Source of the DNA: Leucoraja ocellata
Taxonomy: Eukaryota
Length of the DNA: 64,000 bases
Direction: 5' to 3'
NCBI GenBank assembly: GCA_036785375.1
Contig: JAWMAR010000076.1
Coordinates: forward strand, 7,936,001-8,000,000
Below the pieces are notes generated by a model. It was not told the DNA's origin, made no database searches, and worked only from the letters and a program-made list of their open reading frames with translations. The position numbers and the translations under genes were made by a program. Positions 61,938-64,000 of this stretch are shown here, in pieces. Numbering within the stretch: position 1 is the first letter of the stretch; each line of letters opens with the position of its first letter.

Positions 61938-64000
61938 TTATTCTTCTCCCGCGGTCTAGCAGTCCAAATACAATGTCGAGGCGACTGGGGCTCATGATTT
62001 TAATGCCCCTGGCGGGCGATGGTAAGTCCGGCAGCCATTTAAGCCACGCCGGGCAATGTTAGGCCTTGCTTGGAGTCATTTAAACCCCGCGATTCCGGCG
62101 GGAGAAGTTGCCATTGCGGGAGCTCCGAAAAGCAGTCTCCCACCAGGGACCTGTGAGCTCCCGATGTTCCTGTCCACCGGGTCTGCAGCCGGAGCCTCTG
62201 AAGCTCTGAAGTCGGGTTGCAGTCGCGCGCTACCACAGCTGTCCCCGCTCCGAAGTCGGCCAGCTCCGCGATGGCGAGTCCGCAGAGTCCGCGACTAGAG
62301 CCCTCAGGTTGGAGGCAGCTGCGGGCTCCACGATTTTATGCCCAACAACACCGGAGACCCGACAGGGAAAAAGGTCAGGTCCCCGTACAGGGAAGAAATT
62401 AAACGGTTTCACCCCCCACACCACCCCCTACATATACACAGTTAAAAAATAATAAAAATTAGAACCAAAAACATACATCTAATGGGACAAAAACAATTTT
62501 AAAAGACAGACGGACTGCAGCCGAGCCGTTGCCGTTAGGCACCGCCACTTCGCATAATTGATATTTGATGTTTTCATTCTCGAAAAGCTCTGTTCATCTA
62601 CTCTATCTACGCCTCTCATCATTTTATAAACTATCAGGTCACCCCTCAGACCCCAATGCCCCAGAGAAAACCAAACATGATGTCCAACCTCTCCTTATAG
62701 CTGATACACAGACAAGTCTAGGTGAACCTTTTCTGCTCCCTCACCAAAGATTCAAGATTCAAGATTCAATTTAATTGTCATTTGGACCCCTTGAGGTCCA
62801 AACGAAATGCCGTTTCTGCAGCCATACATTACAAACAAATAGACCCAAGACACAACATAATTTACATAAACATACATCACAACGCTGTGATGGAAGGCCA
62901 AAAAAACTTATCTCTCTTGAATCTTGAATCTTGAATCTTGATATAGTGAAAAGCTTTGTTTCCAGACAAATTACACTTTCCATGAGTACACTCCAGTCAT
63001 ACACAAGTACAACAGGTAGTGTAAAGAGAAAATTACCACACAGAATATAATGTTGTAGCATAATAGCATTAAAGTTATAGTCATACCGACCAACTTACCC
63101 ACGCCAACCAACATGCCCCGTCTAAACTAGTCCCGCCTGACTCTGTTTGGCCAATATCCCTCTATACATCTTATCCATGTACCTGTCCAAATGTTTTTGA
63201 AACATTGTGATAATGCCTCAGCTACCTCCTCTGGCAGCTCCTTCCATACACCTACCACCCTTTGTATAAAAACATTGCCCCTCAGGTTCCTGTTAAATCT
63301 TTCCTACCTCACCTTAAATCTATGTCCTCTACTTCTTGAAGTTACAGAGAAAAAGTCTTAATTTCAGCAATGAGATAAGTTGGAAGATCGGGCCGACACC
63401 CCATCTTAAGGGAGATCTCTTCAGAAGTTTAATAACAGTGGGGAAGGGCTTTTCCTGAATCTGGTGGTATGTAGTTTCAAGCTTTTATATCTTCTGCCCG
63501 AAATGAGAGAGAAGAAGAGGGAATAGCTGGGGTAAAAAAGATCCTTGACTATATTAGCTGCCTTATACAATACAATATTTATTGTCATTTGAGCCTCAGT
63601 GAGGCTCAAACAAAATTCCGTTTCCACAGCCATACAAACAAAGACAATTTCCTACAGACACACACACAATTGAATTCACACAAACATTCATAGATAGATA
63701 GATTACTTTATTAATCCCCTTATTCAGGGGAAATTCAGATGTCCTTGCAGCACACTAATAAAAATACAACATAGCATTCAAGAAGTTTAACATTAAAACA
63801 TAAAAACATCCCCCCACAGAGGTTCCCACTGTGGGGGAGGGCACAAAGTCCAGTCCCCATCCTCTTGTCCACCCAGAGTCGGGCCTATTGAGGCCTCCAC
63901 AGTCGCCGTTACGGGGCCCGATGTTCCCGGCCGTTCTCGCCGGGTGATGGTACTCCGACGTCGGGAGAACCCTCAGCAGCTTCGGGTGCCAGGAACGGCC

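Noticed and set aside
53213-64000. V exon of gene 2
   Set aside because: No Cys-Trp-YxC-FGxG pattern in the ORF track or in the non-repeat stretches I read; presumably outside the window or lost.
1-64000. CRISPR array or prokaryotic retron/DGR-type system suggested by the many RTs
   Set aside because: No regular repeat-spacer array; all RTs are CR1, Rex1, L1 or DIRS eukaryotic retroelements.

Overview
Eukaryotic, repeat-dominated genomic DNA. The repeat set (HER1-like CR1 LINEs, HE1-like tRNA/V-SINEs, Rex1/Babar LINEs, Penelope relics, DIRS) points to a cartilaginous fish, probably a skate or ray; this is an inference. Nearly all long ORFs are transposon-derived. The host content is a head-to-head pair of antigen-receptor-like IgSF genes. 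Gene 1 (minus strand) has a 49-nt signal-peptide exon (24630-24678) in compatible phase with a 351-nt germline-joined VJ exon lacking an RSS (12410-12760), followed by a decayed second VJ/J-like exon (10588-10670). Gene 2 (plus strand) has a paralogous leader exon (53164-53212); I found no V exon for it in the window. The two leaders lie in the arms of a ~5 kb inverted duplication (~21.8-27.2 kb vs ~51.8-57.1 kb). I found no C1 or transmembrane exon. Other notable items: a candidate upstream micro-exon with a perfect Kozak and a RUNX/ETS cluster (29.1-29.4 kb), a non-autonomous Helitron whose empty site survives in the paralogous arm, a CAGGG-ended DNA transposon with a 5-bp TSD, Penelope-derived minimal hammerhead-like motifs and fold-back mini-elements with long TSDs, and a split, inverted DIRS/Gypsy mosaic. 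Boundaries of degenerate repeats are approximate and were read by eye.
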